Below are positions 1-9,343 of a stretch of DNA of 64,000 bases, one piece after another. How positions within the stretch are numbered: position 1 is the first letter of the stretch; each line of letters begins with the position of its first letter. Source of the stretch: a virus; IMG/VR virus record IMGVR_UViG_3300045988_161245, positions 1 to 64,000 of that record. One strand, 5' to 3'. Both the position numbers and the translations under genes were made by a program. The notes under the pieces are model-generated. The model made no database searches and was not told the DNA's origin. It worked only from the letters and a program-made list of their open reading frames with translations.

Positions 1-29
1 GTTTTTTTTTCATTCTTTAATTCTTCCAT
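1..29 (-). CDS. hypothetical protein, 5' end only (continues beyond left edge)
   Basis: ATG at 29-27 with GGAG 8 nt upstream; reads MEELKNEKK then leaves window. Confidence 0.3.
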
Positions 30-50
30 TATTTATCTCCGATAAAAAGT

Positions 51-440
51 TTATTTTATATCCTCAGTTACAATTTCACCATATCGCCATATAGCTACAC
101 AATCTGTAGTCTTACTTGTACAGCCATAGTCCCAAGCATATATTTTTCCGTCTTTATATTTTGCAAAGTAACGTAATACCCATTCGTCAATTTTATTTTC
201 TTTTACTCTAATCAACGTATCAACAGGCACATTAGACCAATCAACTTCTGGTTCTTCATATTCTTCGTCAAGCCATAATATTTGTAATGTTCTACAATCG
301 CTACATGATATACTACTACAATTAATATTATTTTGTTTGAGAATAATAGGTTTTATGATTTTATTACAAAGATTAATATCATTATTTCCATTTATGATAA
401 TGCTTTTAATTTCTTCTGCATATTTTTCTCTATTTTTCAT
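51..440 (-). CDS. hypothetical protein (129 aa)
   Basis: ORF track; packed co-directional minus-strand array; no motif recognised. Confidence 0.6.
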   Translation of the reverse strand: MKNREKYAEEIKSIIINGNNDINLCNKIIKPIILKQNNINCSSISCSDCRTLQILWLDEEYEEPEVDWSNVPVDTLIRVKENKIDEWVLRYFAKYKDGKIYAWDYGCTSKTTDCVAIWRYGEIVTEDIK

Positions 441-556
441 TTTCTATCATCCTTTTTTACTTTTCTCTTTTGTTTTTTCTTAATCCATACATCAATCTCA
501 GAATCTGAAATAGAATACATTTGCTTTAGCATTTCGATGCAGATCTGCATGTCCAT
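437..556 (-). CDS. small hypothetical protein (39 aa, below ORF-track cutoff)
   Basis: Hand-translated MDMQICIEMLKQ...; stop overlaps next start as ATGA; only a weak RBS. Confidence 0.3.
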   Translation of the reverse strand: MDMQICIEMLKQMYSISDSEIDVWIKKKQKRKVKKDDRK

Positions 557-577
557 GCTGCTACTTTACTTCCTATA

Positions 578-868
578 TTATTCATTATTTTTCTCATTTC
601 TTTCTAATTTTCTTCCACAATACGGACAGTATATAAAATTATCAATAGTTGAAGTTAGCTTAATTAACCCTTTTTCTTCTGCCTCTCTATATAACTTTAG
701 TTCTTTCAGCCATTTAATGAGTTGCCAATGTTGTATCTCTATTATTTTACAATTTGATTTTATATCATTATCAATAGAATCAACTGACTCAAAATTCATA
801 GCGCTACGTGCTCTTTCCACTATTTCTTCTTCATAAGCAATAGCTTCGTCTAGCGTTATTCTTAACAT
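578..868 (-). CDS. hypothetical protein with C-terminal CPYCG zinc-ribbon-like motif
   Basis: ORF track; packed array; YCPYCGRKL near C-terminus. Confidence 0.55.
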   Translation of the reverse strand: MLRITLDEAIAYEEEIVERARSAMNFESVDSIDNDIKSNCKIIEIQHWQLIKWLKELKLYREAEEKGLIKLTSTIDNFIYCPYCGRKLERNEKNNE

Positions 869-1083
869 TTTTTCTTCATCTCCTCCAACTTCTTCTCTAT
901 CGGATTAATAATCTCTTCCAATACCTGCTGCTCATAATTTTCTTTCCAGATTTTTTCTCTTTTCCAAAATGGAGCTTTTTTAACCTTGCCGATTAAATCA
1001 ATACACACCATGGCAGTTAGCATTCCCCAGCATCCATCGCAGGCTCTTTCATTGCACCAGTTTTCAAATTCTTTAAATTTCAT
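862..1083 (-). CDS. hypothetical protein (73 aa)
   Basis: Start moved to ATG 1083 (MKFKEF...), which has GGAGG upstream; track start 1149 would overlap the upstream gene by 77 nt. Confidence 0.55.
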   Translation of the reverse strand: MKFKEFENWCNERACDGCWGMLTAMVCIDLIGKVKKAPFWKREKIWKENYEQQVLEEIINPIEKKLEEMKKKC

Positions 1084-1660
1084 TTTTGAGTTCCTCCAAC
1101 TTATCCTCAGCTTTCTTATGGGTAAGGAATACGGTTTTACCAATTTCACTCATTGGAAAAGCTCCTGTTATTGAACCGGTATAGTTTTCGTAATAAAATA
1201 TAATTTCATCTTCTGTTCCTATATCTGGTTCTACATAGCTGTCACAATATCCATATGAAAATGCTTTTATTTCATACAATTCCTGATATCCAAAATCGTT
1301 ATCCAATACCATATCTCCAACCTTACACGGCAGCCTCACAAGCAAGCCATGTTTTTCTAAATCTTTGTATTCCTTCAATTCTTTCTGCATTATCGCTAAT
1401 TTAGCAAGCTCTAATCCAGTAAATGTACCGTTTTCTTTGAGCTCCTTTAATTCTTTTAAAGTGCCAATATCTTTGTAAGATTTTAATTCTTCAAGCCACT
1501 CTGCGATCTGTTCATATTCCTTTACATATTGATTGCATATATCTGCATGTAACTCATTTGCATCTTCTGAACCCATGTCTGCATTCTCGGCACTCCATTT
1601 ATAACGATTTGCAACTATCTTTGACTGTTTAATACCATCATCAATTAGAAATCTCTCCAT
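1073..1660 (-). CDS. hypothetical protein (195 aa)
   Basis: ORF track; packed co-directional array; no motif recognised. Confidence 0.6.
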   Translation of the reverse strand: MERFLIDDGIKQSKIVANRYKWSAENADMGSEDANELHADICNQYVKEYEQIAEWLEELKSYKDIGTLKELKELKENGTFTGLELAKLAIMQKELKEYKDLEKHGLLVRLPCKVGDMVLDNDFGYQELYEIKAFSYGYCDSYVEPDIGTEDEIIFYYENYTGSITGAFPMSEIGKTVFLTHKKAEDKLEELKNEI

Positions 1661-2023
1661 CTACTTCACCTCTTCCAATTGACTTTCTGTGGTATTTGCA
1701 AGTAATAACATTGATTCAATAACTTTATCTGTTAATGACATTCTGTCTTTGTTATTCGCAAAATACTTAACGTGAGCTATTGCTTCTCTAAGTTTCTTTT
1801 CATCTTCTATTACATCTGATGCTTCCCATAGTTTTGTATCGCTTTTATAAGTAATTATTTTATCATTATAAAAATTCAACACGTTGGGAATCGGAATATT
1901 AATAAGATTTAAGTTACGACTACTAGACCATGTAAATCTTTGTAATTTCGCCATTTTTAAAAGACTCTCGTATTCTTCCTGTGTTCTAACAAACACGCTC
2001 TTTCCTACTAAATCAATCATCAA
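1661..2023 (-). CDS. hypothetical protein (120 aa)
   Basis: ORF track; abuts upstream gene; no motif recognised. Confidence 0.6.
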   Translation of the reverse strand: MMIDLVGKSVFVRTQEEYESLLKMAKLQRFTWSSSRNLNLINIPIPNVLNFYNDKIITYKSDTKLWEASDVIEDEKKLREAIAHVKYFANNKDRMSLTDKVIESMLLLANTTESQLEEVK

Positions 2024-2327
2024 CTACACCACCTTTCACGATTTCAAGTGCCAATGCAATTGCCTGTTCCATACCTATGTATTTTTTTATCTCAGTGTTA
2101 TCTTTAAAAATAAGTGATAGTTCGGAATATATATCCTTTGTTTCTTCTAGCTGCTCAACAATTCTATTAACATCATAGGCTGTAGGCTGTTTCTGAATAG
2201 TTGTAATTGCAAGATGCGTAAACAAGTCCATTGGACTTATATCTTCTTCTGCAGCTTTCTGCTTTTCTTTATCCCAATACCATTTTGACATTTCTTCGAT
2301 TAATTTATCTGCATCGATCAGTCTCAT
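2013..2327 (-). CDS. hypothetical protein (104 aa)
   Basis: ORF track; overlapping stop/start with neighbours. Confidence 0.6.
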   Translation of the reverse strand: MRLIDADKLIEEMSKWYWDKEKQKAAEEDISPMDLFTHLAITTIQKQPTAYDVNRIVEQLEETKDIYSELSLIFKDNTEIKKYIGMEQAIALALEIVKGGVVDD

Positions 2328-2671
2328 ACCTTTACCTCATTATCATTTGGCATCTGGAATACTACAGTTTCTTTTAAAACATTTTGTGTTTTCGTATACA
2401 TTTTATCTACATCGTCTGATTCATTAACGAAAAGTGACATTGTTGTAAGACCGTTTGCAACAGTATGTGTGGTTTTATAATCGACATATCTTTTCTGTAT
2501 CATATCAAGCACTTTTATGGCTTTTGCTTCTGTAGAATATTTTCCAAGTGTATACGCGTCTTCAAAATCGTTATATACAATAGCAAAATCTTTACCAATT
2601 TTTTCCATGTAAATTGCAGTTAAATTATTAAAATTTAATAAAAATACTTTATCTTGACTTCTAATTAACAT
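2324..2671 (-). CDS. hypothetical protein (115 aa)
   Basis: ORF track; 4-nt overlaps with neighbours. Confidence 0.6.
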   Translation of the reverse strand: MLIRSQDKVFLLNFNNLTAIYMEKIGKDFAIVYNDFEDAYTLGKYSTEAKAIKVLDMIQKRYVDYKTTHTVANGLTTMSLFVNESDDVDKMYTKTQNVLKETVVFQMPNDNEVKV

Positions 2672-2958
2672 TTTGTGCTCTCCTTATCAAACTTACTCTT
2701 TAGCATATCTGCTTTAATCAATTCATAAATAATATCCAAGTATGTTCTTTTATCTCTGTATCTGCAATTTGGTTTTTTATGAATCCTCGGATCATCGTCT
2801 CTCCAAGCATTTACATCAAAATATTTATTACTCACGAAAAGCATTTTGGTTCCTCTGGCGACACAAATGTAATAGCATTCTGATTTTCCATACTCTCCTA
2901 CACATTTCTTAAAACCAAACTTTTCAAATTCTTTAGCCGGTACTGTTGGAATTAACAT
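2665..2958 (-). CDS. hypothetical protein (97 aa)
   Basis: ORF track; overlaps neighbours by a few nt. Confidence 0.6.
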   Translation of the reverse strand: MLIPTVPAKEFEKFGFKKCVGEYGKSECYYICVARGTKMLFVSNKYFDVNAWRDDDPRIHKKPNCRYRDKRTYLDIIYELIKADMLKSKFDKESTKC

Positions 2959-3215
2959 TTTGTATCCTCACTCCAATCAAGTTTCTGCCCACAATAAAAG
3001 CAGTATTTCATGTTATTGGAGCAGCTAAATTCAAAACCACATACAGGACATTCTCCACGTTTATATATTTCATTTCCATTAAAATCTATAACAGGACGCA
3101 TCTTTGATACTTTCTTCTCAGTTTGCTTATCAAGTGCTTCTGAAATAGTCTTTAATTGTTTAAGTAACTCTTCTTTTTGATTAACACCTGTTACTCCAAA
3201 ATTCATATCTACCAC
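2952..3215 (-). CDS. hypothetical zinc-ribbon protein (87 aa)
   Basis: CPVCG...CFYCG cysteine pairs; packed array. Confidence 0.6.
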   Translation of the reverse strand: MVDMNFGVTGVNQKEELLKQLKTISEALDKQTEKKVSKMRPVIDFNGNEIYKRGECPVCGFEFSCSNNMKYCFYCGQKLDWSEDTKC

Positions 3216-3562
3216 ATCACCTTTTCAACATTCTCAAATTCTGGAAATAAATTACCACTAACAACGTCATCCCAGTATGTGATTCCTTGTTCATGATCTC
3301 TCATCCAATTTATTAGCTCATGCAACGCATCAAAGAATTCTTCTTCATTATGTGCTTTATATGAAACTCCATATTCAAAGTCGTCATAGTCGCAAATACT
3401 TATATAGATTTCGTATGGACCATACCATTTTGAAATAGCATCTTTATATGCATGTAATGTTATAAATGGTCTTCCACAAATACCGGTATAATTATCAAGA
3501 AATATTGATGATTGTACAAAAAGTCTTTCGTATGTTTTTGATACAGATTTTTCAATTATCAA
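3209..3562 (-). CDS. hypothetical protein (117 aa)
   Basis: ORF track; packed array. Confidence 0.6.
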   Translation of the reverse strand: MIIEKSVSKTYERLFVQSSIFLDNYTGICGRPFITLHAYKDAISKWYGPYEIYISICDYDDFEYGVSYKAHNEEEFFDALHELINWMRDHEQGITYWDDVVSGNLFPEFENVEKVMW

Positions 3563-3572
3563 TTTTTATCAC

Positions 3573-3923
3573 CTACATTTTTTGAAAAGTAATCTCCATA
3601 CTTCCATCTTCTTTTTTAGTTACATTTGGACATTCGTCTTTTTCTAAAGTAATTTTTTTAACATCTCTTAAAACGCTATAATTAACAAAAAAGTCATTGC
3701 AAATAATCGTATAATCAGGAATAAAAATTTTATATTGATTTTCAGATATTTTATTTATGTAAAAATCGCAAATATTTTTTATTGGGCTAGAATCTTTTAC
3801 CAATACGTTAATTGAATTTAACAAAATATCTTTATCTTCCAAAATATACACTGAGCCATAAAAACTTTTCGATTTATAAATCACTTCTTTATATTCTTCT
3901 ATTTTCATTCCATTTTCTCCCAT
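3573..3923 (-). CDS. hypothetical protein (116 aa)
   Basis: ORF track; packed array. Confidence 0.55.
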   Translation of the reverse strand: MGENGMKIEEYKEVIYKSKSFYGSVYILEDKDILLNSINVLVKDSSPIKNICDFYINKISENQYKIFIPDYTIICNDFFVNYSVLRDVKKITLEKDECPNVTKKEDGSMEITFQKM

Positions 3924-3965
3924 AAAATGTTTCTTTTATCTTACATTTTAACCAGCTCATAAATC

Positions 3966-4433
3966 TTATCCTTCATACTCGGTAAACAAGTCTCCAAGAG
4001 ACATATTATTATATTTCGCAAGATCCATAGCACATGCAACAACATTTTTGGGTAACGAAGCACCAATTCCATCGCATAAGTATTCTGTAAGCGATTTATA
4101 TTCTTTACATGGCTCTTCTTCATATTCATCAGGTAAATAATAATCATCGTCCCAACAAATTAAACGTTTTTCATTTACAATTGCTCTAGCAGTTGGTTTT
4201 CCAAGAACACTTCCTGTACTTGATCTCCACCATGCGTCTTTACCAGCCAATTCAACAAATTCATCTTCAGAATAATCACAAATAATATCAAATATATTAT
4301 CGGTCATTGCCCAAACTTCATAATCAGTACCCTTATAAGTTCTTTCAAACATTCCGCCATCACATGGATATTCTATTCTTCTAAAAAATTTTTCCAAATT
4401 ATAACCTAGAATTTCTTTCATACTAATCACCAC
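3966..4433 (-). CDS. hypothetical protein (155 aa)
   Basis: ORF track; preferred over nested ORF 3941-4147 in another frame. Confidence 0.6.
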   Translation of the reverse strand: MVISMKEILGYNLEKFFRRIEYPCDGGMFERTYKGTDYEVWAMTDNIFDIICDYSEDEFVELAGKDAWWRSSTGSVLGKPTARAIVNEKRLICWDDDYYLPDEYEEEPCKEYKSLTEYLCDGIGASLPKNVVACAMDLAKYNNMSLGDLFTEYEG

Positions 4434-4678
4434 ACTCTATGAAATGCAAAATTATCTTCTTCACTCTTAAGTTCAGTACACTCACTATATCTGATAATCT
4501 GTTTACAATTTGGGCAGTGAATAGTACATTGCTCTGGTTTTGGATCTATACATCTTGGTACACAGCCCTCATGCTCCTGAAAAATAAATTTGGTTCCACA
4601 ATTTTTACATATACACCCATACTCTTTTTCTCCACCTTCTTTATAAAGATGATTATTTTTTGTCTGTACAATTTCCAT
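4427..4678 (-). CDS. hypothetical zinc-ribbon protein (83 aa)
   Basis: CKNCG...CPNCK cysteine pairs; packed array. Confidence 0.6.
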   Translation of the reverse strand: MEIVQTKNNHLYKEGGEKEYGCICKNCGTKFIFQEHEGCVPRCIDPKPEQCTIHCPNCKQIIRYSECTELKSEEDNFAFHRVW

Positions 4679-4683
4679 TTTAT

Positions 4684-5568
4684 TTACCTCGCTCCATTAA
4701 AATATTTTACAATCTGACTTCCAACCCAGCGTCCCATTGGAACGGCAACAGCATTACCAATCTGTCTATAAGCATCACTATCACTTCCACAAAATTCAAA
4801 CCAATCTGGAAAACCCTGTAGTCTTGCATACTCTCTGACTGTATATGGTCGGATTCTATTACCATCTTTAATTAATCTAGTTCCTCTATCTTTTGAATAG
4901 TGTGCTACACATGTTGGTGCAAGATCATCACATTCAGGATCAGAAACAATTGGTTTGTCTCTATAATTACCATTGATACGATTTAATACATACTGTGGAA
5001 TATTTACTTCACTGTCTTTTTGAATAATATCTTTCAAGCGTAAGGGAGTTTCGTCCGGATAATCCAGATTGATAAATGGCTTTTTGCTACCAATAAGAAT
5101 TAATCTCTTACGTTCTTGTGGTAGCCACATATTTGCGTTTACAGGACATTCGATTCTTACATAATAATCTGGTAACTTAGTCAGTGCCTCCATAACCACT
5201 TTAAATTTAATCATTCCAGGAACATTCTCAACTACATACATTTCTGGTTGTGCCAATGCAATATGTCTAAAGAAATGAAGAAATAAATCATCACCTGTTC
5301 TTGCGCCATTAATATCTGCAGCAGTTGAATATTTTGTACATGGAAAAGTTCCAATATACACATCTGCATCTTGCTGATCAAGAACTGTAATTTTAGTAAT
5401 ATCAGCTTCGTTAACCTTGTGCTTAAAATTTTTTCTTAACGTATCACAACATTTCTTATCAATTTCGTATGATTCAAGAATATTGATCCCTGCTTCTTCA
5501 ATTCCAAGATCCATTCCACCTGCACCACTAAAATAGCTTTTCGCTGTAATCTGCATTTTATTTTCCAT
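4684..5568 (-). CDS. DNA (cytosine-5)-methyltransferase
   Basis: Ordered C5-MTase motifs: FSGAGGMDLG (I), TFPCTKYS (IV, PC), VVENVPG (VI), QERKRLILIG (VIII), QIGNAVAVP (X). Confidence 0.9.
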   Translation of the reverse strand: MENKMQITAKSYFSGAGGMDLGIEEAGINILESYEIDKKCCDTLRKNFKHKVNEADITKITVLDQQDADVYIGTFPCTKYSTAADINGARTGDDLFLHFFRHIALAQPEMYVVENVPGMIKFKVVMEALTKLPDYYVRIECPVNANMWLPQERKRLILIGSKKPFINLDYPDETPLRLKDIIQKDSEVNIPQYVLNRINGNYRDKPIVSDPECDDLAPTCVAHYSKDRGTRLIKDGNRIRPYTVREYARLQGFPDWFEFCGSDSDAYRQIGNAVAVPMGRWVGSQIVKYFNGAR

Positions 5569-5640
5569 CCTTTATTGTTTTATATTGCTTACTTCTAATT
5601 TTCCAGATCTTTTAATCCAGATAAATTCCAGATTTTATCG

Positions 5641-5925
5641 TTACTCTACCGAATGACTTGCATTCACAATCTTCTTATAAATATCTTCGTATAAAACTCC
5701 ATCATCACCATTGTATGTATATTCTGCTAAAACAGCTGCGGCACGAGTACCTACGATGCACTTATAGTTCTGTAGCGTTTTACATGCCCAAACTACAAAT
5801 ACATCATCAACACCAATCGTCTGAATATCGTTTGGTCCTTTATTGGCATAACTACTCCTGTTGTACCATTCTACAAATTTATTTTTACATACGCTCTGAA
5901 AATGATTCATTGATTTAATCATCAT
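5641..5925 (-). CDS. hypothetical protein (94 aa)
   Basis: Start moved to ATGATG at 5925, which overlaps the upstream stop (ATGATGA); track start 5967 overlaps by 46 nt. Confidence 0.5.
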   Translation of the reverse strand: MMIKSMNHFQSVCKNKFVEWYNRSSYANKGPNDIQTIGVDDVFVVWACKTLQNYKCIVGTRAAAVLAEYTYNGDDGVLYEDIYKKIVNASHSVE

Positions 5926-6718
5926 ACTTTTTTGGTTCCTTTCAATCTTTCTTCTGCAATATTGCAATATTCTTTACTAATTTCGAATCCAATATAACTT
6001 CTACCAAGTTCAATTGAAGCTTTCGCAGTAGTTCCACTTCCAATAAACGGATCAAGAACTAAATCGCCAGGATTTGACCATGATATAATATGGTCTCTGG
6101 CCAACTGCTCTGGAAATACAGCAGGATGCCCTGATTTTCCACCGCCAACACTGTACGTAAATATATTATTATGTATTTTCTCTGGCTTTACTGTATACAA
6201 ATCTGTCGTCCTATCTCTACGACATTGATTGTCATCCATAACAGTTTTTCTGTCTCCCCAATTAAACACTTTCCCAGCATTTTTAGTTGGGACCTTTATT
6301 GGATTAAATGTATTTGGTTTACCCTTACTGACACAAACATATACTCAAAACATTGTTCATAACGATTATGGTTTTGCGGAATTGGATTTGCTTTTTCAAA
6401 AATCATAGTATCATGCAGCTTGAATCCCAATTTCATAAACTGTAATGCCTGTTTGAACGATGTTCCTGTTTCAGATCCATTCTTAGTTTTATCTCCTACA
6501 ACCCAAACCAAAACACCACCTGGTTTAGTTACACGAAATAGCTCGTAAGAAATTGCATCAAAATCAAATGAGTATCCATTATATTTTCTCAAGTCATCAT
6601 ATGGTGGGCTTGTTACTGTAAGATCAATTACATCTGAGTCAAGTTTTTTTAACCCAATAAGGCAGTCTTCATTATAAATTTTATTTATTTCTAACATTTT
6701 ATATCCGGAGCAAACCAT
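5922..6718 (-). pseudogene. beta-class (N4-C/N6-A) DNA methyltransferase interrupted by a single frameshift
   Basis: ORF 6296-6718 carries TSPPYDD (motif IV). ORF 5922-6269 carries DPFIGSGTT (motif I). The -1 frame around 6330-6333 reads continuously MFV(V)SKGKPNTFNPIKVPTKNAGKVFNWGDRK. Confidence 0.8.
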
Positions 6719-6752
6719 GATTTTATCGCTGCAGCAAATCTCACTACTCCTT

Positions 6753-7514
6753 TTATTTTCTTTTCAATAACAATTTTACATGTGTGTTATCATTAATATT
6801 GATTCCAAAGTCTTTTTCTACAATAGATTTTAAATATGGTAAACAATAAGTTTCAATATATGCAATTTCATAATCACTAGGAATCTTCTTTAATAATTCT
6901 TCTAAAGTAATTGGAAAATAATTTTCTTTTACTTCTCTATCCCAATTTTCTATATACTTATATTTCATAAGAAAATGTAGAAAGTTATTATTTCTCATAA
7001 GCGATCCCCAATTATGTTCAAAATCTCTAATTTGATTCTTATCTGCTGCATTTATTAATTTCCAATAATCTGTTATATTGGTAAATCTATAAACATTTTC
7101 AGAAATACACATATCACGAATTGAAACATAATCAAATCCAGATAAAAATACATTATCCCAGAACTCTTTAACTTCATCGGTACTACAATAGGAATATATT
7201 TCGTGAATTACACTTGATAAATTAAGTAAAGAATTTTTATTACAGATATCTTTTGGAAATATATTTGTATAATTAATATTTGATGTATCTACTGACTTAT
7301 TTCGTGCAATTTTAATCATTTCAGAATTATTGTCATATCCAATATAATTAATATCAGGAAGAACTTTATTCATTTCTCTAATTAAAGCTCCATCTGCACA
7401 TCCAAAATCCACAATATTTTTTACTTTTGAAATTTTATTCATAAAGAATAGCTTATCTTCACATGATTTTGCCATTCTGGACGTATATATACTAATATCT
7501 GAAATTTGATTCAT
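6753..7514 (-). CDS. class I SAM-dependent methyltransferase, substrate unknown
   Basis: VDFGCADGALIRE (motif I) followed by YIGYDNN and LSSVIHEIY; no DNA-MTase motif IV seen. Confidence 0.65.
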   Translation of the reverse strand: MNQISDISIYTSRMAKSCEDKLFFMNKISKVKNIVDFGCADGALIREMNKVLPDINYIGYDNNSEMIKIARNKSVDTSNINYTNIFPKDICNKNSLLNLSSVIHEIYSYCSTDEVKEFWDNVFLSGFDYVSIRDMCISENVYRFTNITDYWKLINAADKNQIRDFEHNWGSLMRNNNFLHFLMKYKYIENWDREVKENYFPITLEELLKKIPSDYEIAYIETYCLPYLKSIVEKDFGININDNTHVKLLLKRK

Positions 7515-7516
7515 AA

Positions 7517-8275
7517 TTATAATTGCTCCTTTATAGTCAAATACTTATCTTTGCCACTATATATAAATAACTTTTCAATAGCTTTTACTCTTTTTGTATT
7601 ATCAATAGTTCTTTTTACTTCTTGTTCCCAAATAGATTTCCAATCATCTGGCGCATTATGTTCACTAACAAGTACAATATTTCTTGTACTCATATCTTTA
7701 GCACAACTCCAGAAACGATCATAATCGAAATTTTTACTTGTTCCATATTGTTTTGTATTTTTATAAGGAATGTCACAGTACAACAAACATCCAGAAACAT
7801 TATTATAAAAATCTTCATAATCTCCATATTGAAATGAAATGTCTTTTAGATGTGGAATTTGTTCTAATAAATTTCTTTTTGCTTCATCATAATAATTTCG
7901 TTGTACTCCTGTTTTTGTAGTGATAATTCCACTATACCCACCATCAAAAAAACGACCGTTATAACTAGATAAAAATCCAACTGCACCAATATACCAATCT
8001 TGATACGTATTCAAATTATTATTAAAACATTCTCTTACTTCAGAATAATGCTCTTTATCAATAAAATCCGGCAACGTGTTAATTTTATTTAAATTATTGA
8101 ACATTGCGATAAGATATTTATGATTATCAGAAGCAATTTTGTTTTTACAACTTATTTTATCAATAATATTTGCTCCGCCCACAAATGGCTCTATATATGT
8201 ATCAATATTATTTTCATCAATATATCTCTGAATAATCGGAACAATATATTTCGCTATTCGAGATTTACTTCCCAT
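7517..8275 (-). CDS. Dam-like (D12 class) N6-adenine DNA methyltransferase
   Basis: MGSKSRIAKYI, EPFVGGANI (motif I) and CDIPY (DPPY variant) in alpha-class order; no Shine-Dalgarno sequence upstream. Confidence 0.8.
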   Translation of the reverse strand: MGSKSRIAKYIVPIIQRYIDENNIDTYIEPFVGGANIIDKISCKNKIASDNHKYLIAMFNNLNKINTLPDFIDKEHYSEVRECFNNNLNTYQDWYIGAVGFLSSYNGRFFDGGYSGIITTKTGVQRNYYDEAKRNLLEQIPHLKDISFQYGDYEDFYNNVSGCLLYCDIPYKNTKQYGTSKNFDYDRFWSCAKDMSTRNIVLVSEHNAPDDWKSIWEQEVKRTIDNTKRVKAIEKLFIYSGKDKYLTIKEQL

Positions 8276-8325
8276 ATATTTAATTTTTCTATACCAGAAA
8301 GTGACATGTCCTTAGTGCGCACCTA

Positions 8326-8340
8326 ACTTTTATCCTTTCT
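8326..8340 (-). repeat. leader motif copy 1 (plus-strand ACTTTTATCCTTTCT)
   Basis: Identical 15-mer recurs at 9287-9301 and as a 13/15 variant at 14917-14929, each in the 5' leader of an enzyme gene. Confidence 0.6.
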
Positions 8341-8382
8341 GATCATTTCATCAACATTACATCAATTATTTCCAAAACTTTC

Positions 8383-8625
8383 TCATACCATTTCTGGATT
8401 TTCTTTAAACATCTGTAAAAACTTCATTTCATCTTCTTTGCTAGTACACCACAGCTCCAGGTCTTCGCCGTGATTGCCGATCAGAGCGGAAACTGCTACA
8501 TACTGTGTCAATTTAGACTTGAGATTAAATTTATCTCCGTAAACGGATGTTAAAGTAACATTACCATTACACTCATCTACTACTTTAAGAAATGTTTCTA
8601 CATCTTTAATATTCTTAATTTTCAT
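8383..8625 (-). CDS. small protein with HPr/Crh-like sequence pattern lacking the His15 loop
   Basis: By eye, GNVTLTSVYGDKFNLKS...GEDLELWCTSKEDEMKFLQMF parallels HPr [15 protein letters not shown]...[13 protein letters not shown]; there is no HARPA active-site loop. Confidence 0.35.
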   Translation of the reverse strand: MKIKNIKDVETFLKVVDECNGNVTLTSVYGDKFNLKSKLTQYVAVSALIGNHGEDLELWCTSKEDEMKFLQMFKENPEMV

Positions 8626-8703
8626 TACACTTACCTATTTTCTCTCTATTCAATTTTCAAATAAAACGTGGATTTTCTGACAAGAATTTGCCAAATTAGA
8701 ATT

Positions 8704-9204
8704 CTATCTTACTAATGATTTTTCATAAAATTTTAACTCTTCTACAATTAAATCTCTTGGTAACAAATCTTTACAAAAATATGCAGTTGCAAATGGACTA
8801 CCTTTAATAACAATATCCATACTATCAGGTTTATGAAAACTAATCCTAGAATCAAAACTTAATAACTGTATTCCTTGCGTAAAGAATTTGAATCTTGTTT
8901 TACCCTGTAAAGAATTTAACGGTAAAAGAATTGCAAATGGCTTTTTAAATGAATATAATCTTTCCAACACCTTATCTTTACTAGAAAATGGAGGATTGGA
9001 AACAATCATATCCCATTTATTAGGCTCATACGTAAAAAAATCCTGACCATCTTTTAACGAACTTCTTACAACATTATATCCCTCTTCTTTTAATCTCCTA
9101 TAAAAAGCAGACCATTCTTCGTCAAAAGGACACCATATAATTTTATCCTTTGGAATATATTTCAAAATTGGATCTACAGCATAGAGGGGGGGTATATAAC
9201 TCAT
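8704..9204 (-). CDS. small NPPF-motif methyltransferase (putative N6-adenine)
   Basis: MIVSNPPFSSKD motif IV; 166 aa; sits in the MTase island; no Shine-Dalgarno sequence upstream. Confidence 0.6.
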   Translation of the reverse strand: MSYIPPLYAVDPILKYIPKDKIIWCPFDEEWSAFYRRLKEEGYNVVRSSLKDGQDFFTYEPNKWDMIVSNPPFSSKDKVLERLYSFKKPFAILLPLNSLQGKTRFKFFTQGIQLLSFDSRISFHKPDSMDIVIKGSPFATAYFCKDLLPRDLIVEELKFYEKSLVR

Positions 9205-9286
9205 TATTTTCTTTGTCTGATTGTAAATATCCTATATTTAACGCCATATAATTTCTTATTAAGTGCTACGTAGCTTATCTCATGAG

Positions 9287-9301
9287 ACTTTTATCCTTTC
9301 T
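9287..9301 (-). repeat. leader motif copy 2 (ACTTTTATCCTTTCT)
   Basis: Exact copy of 8326-8340 in the leader of the NPPF methyltransferase gene. Confidence 0.6.
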
Positions 9302-9343
9302 CATATTTTAATAGATAGTCACTGCGTCCAGTAACATATAAGC

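Noticed and set aside
3941-4147. Nested minus-strand ORFs in alternative frames (3941-4147, 23529-23738, 32210-32407, 59565-59777)
   Set aside because: Each is fully contained in a longer ORF with recognisable motifs or better context (the vWA gene, tnpB and others). None has an independent RBS.
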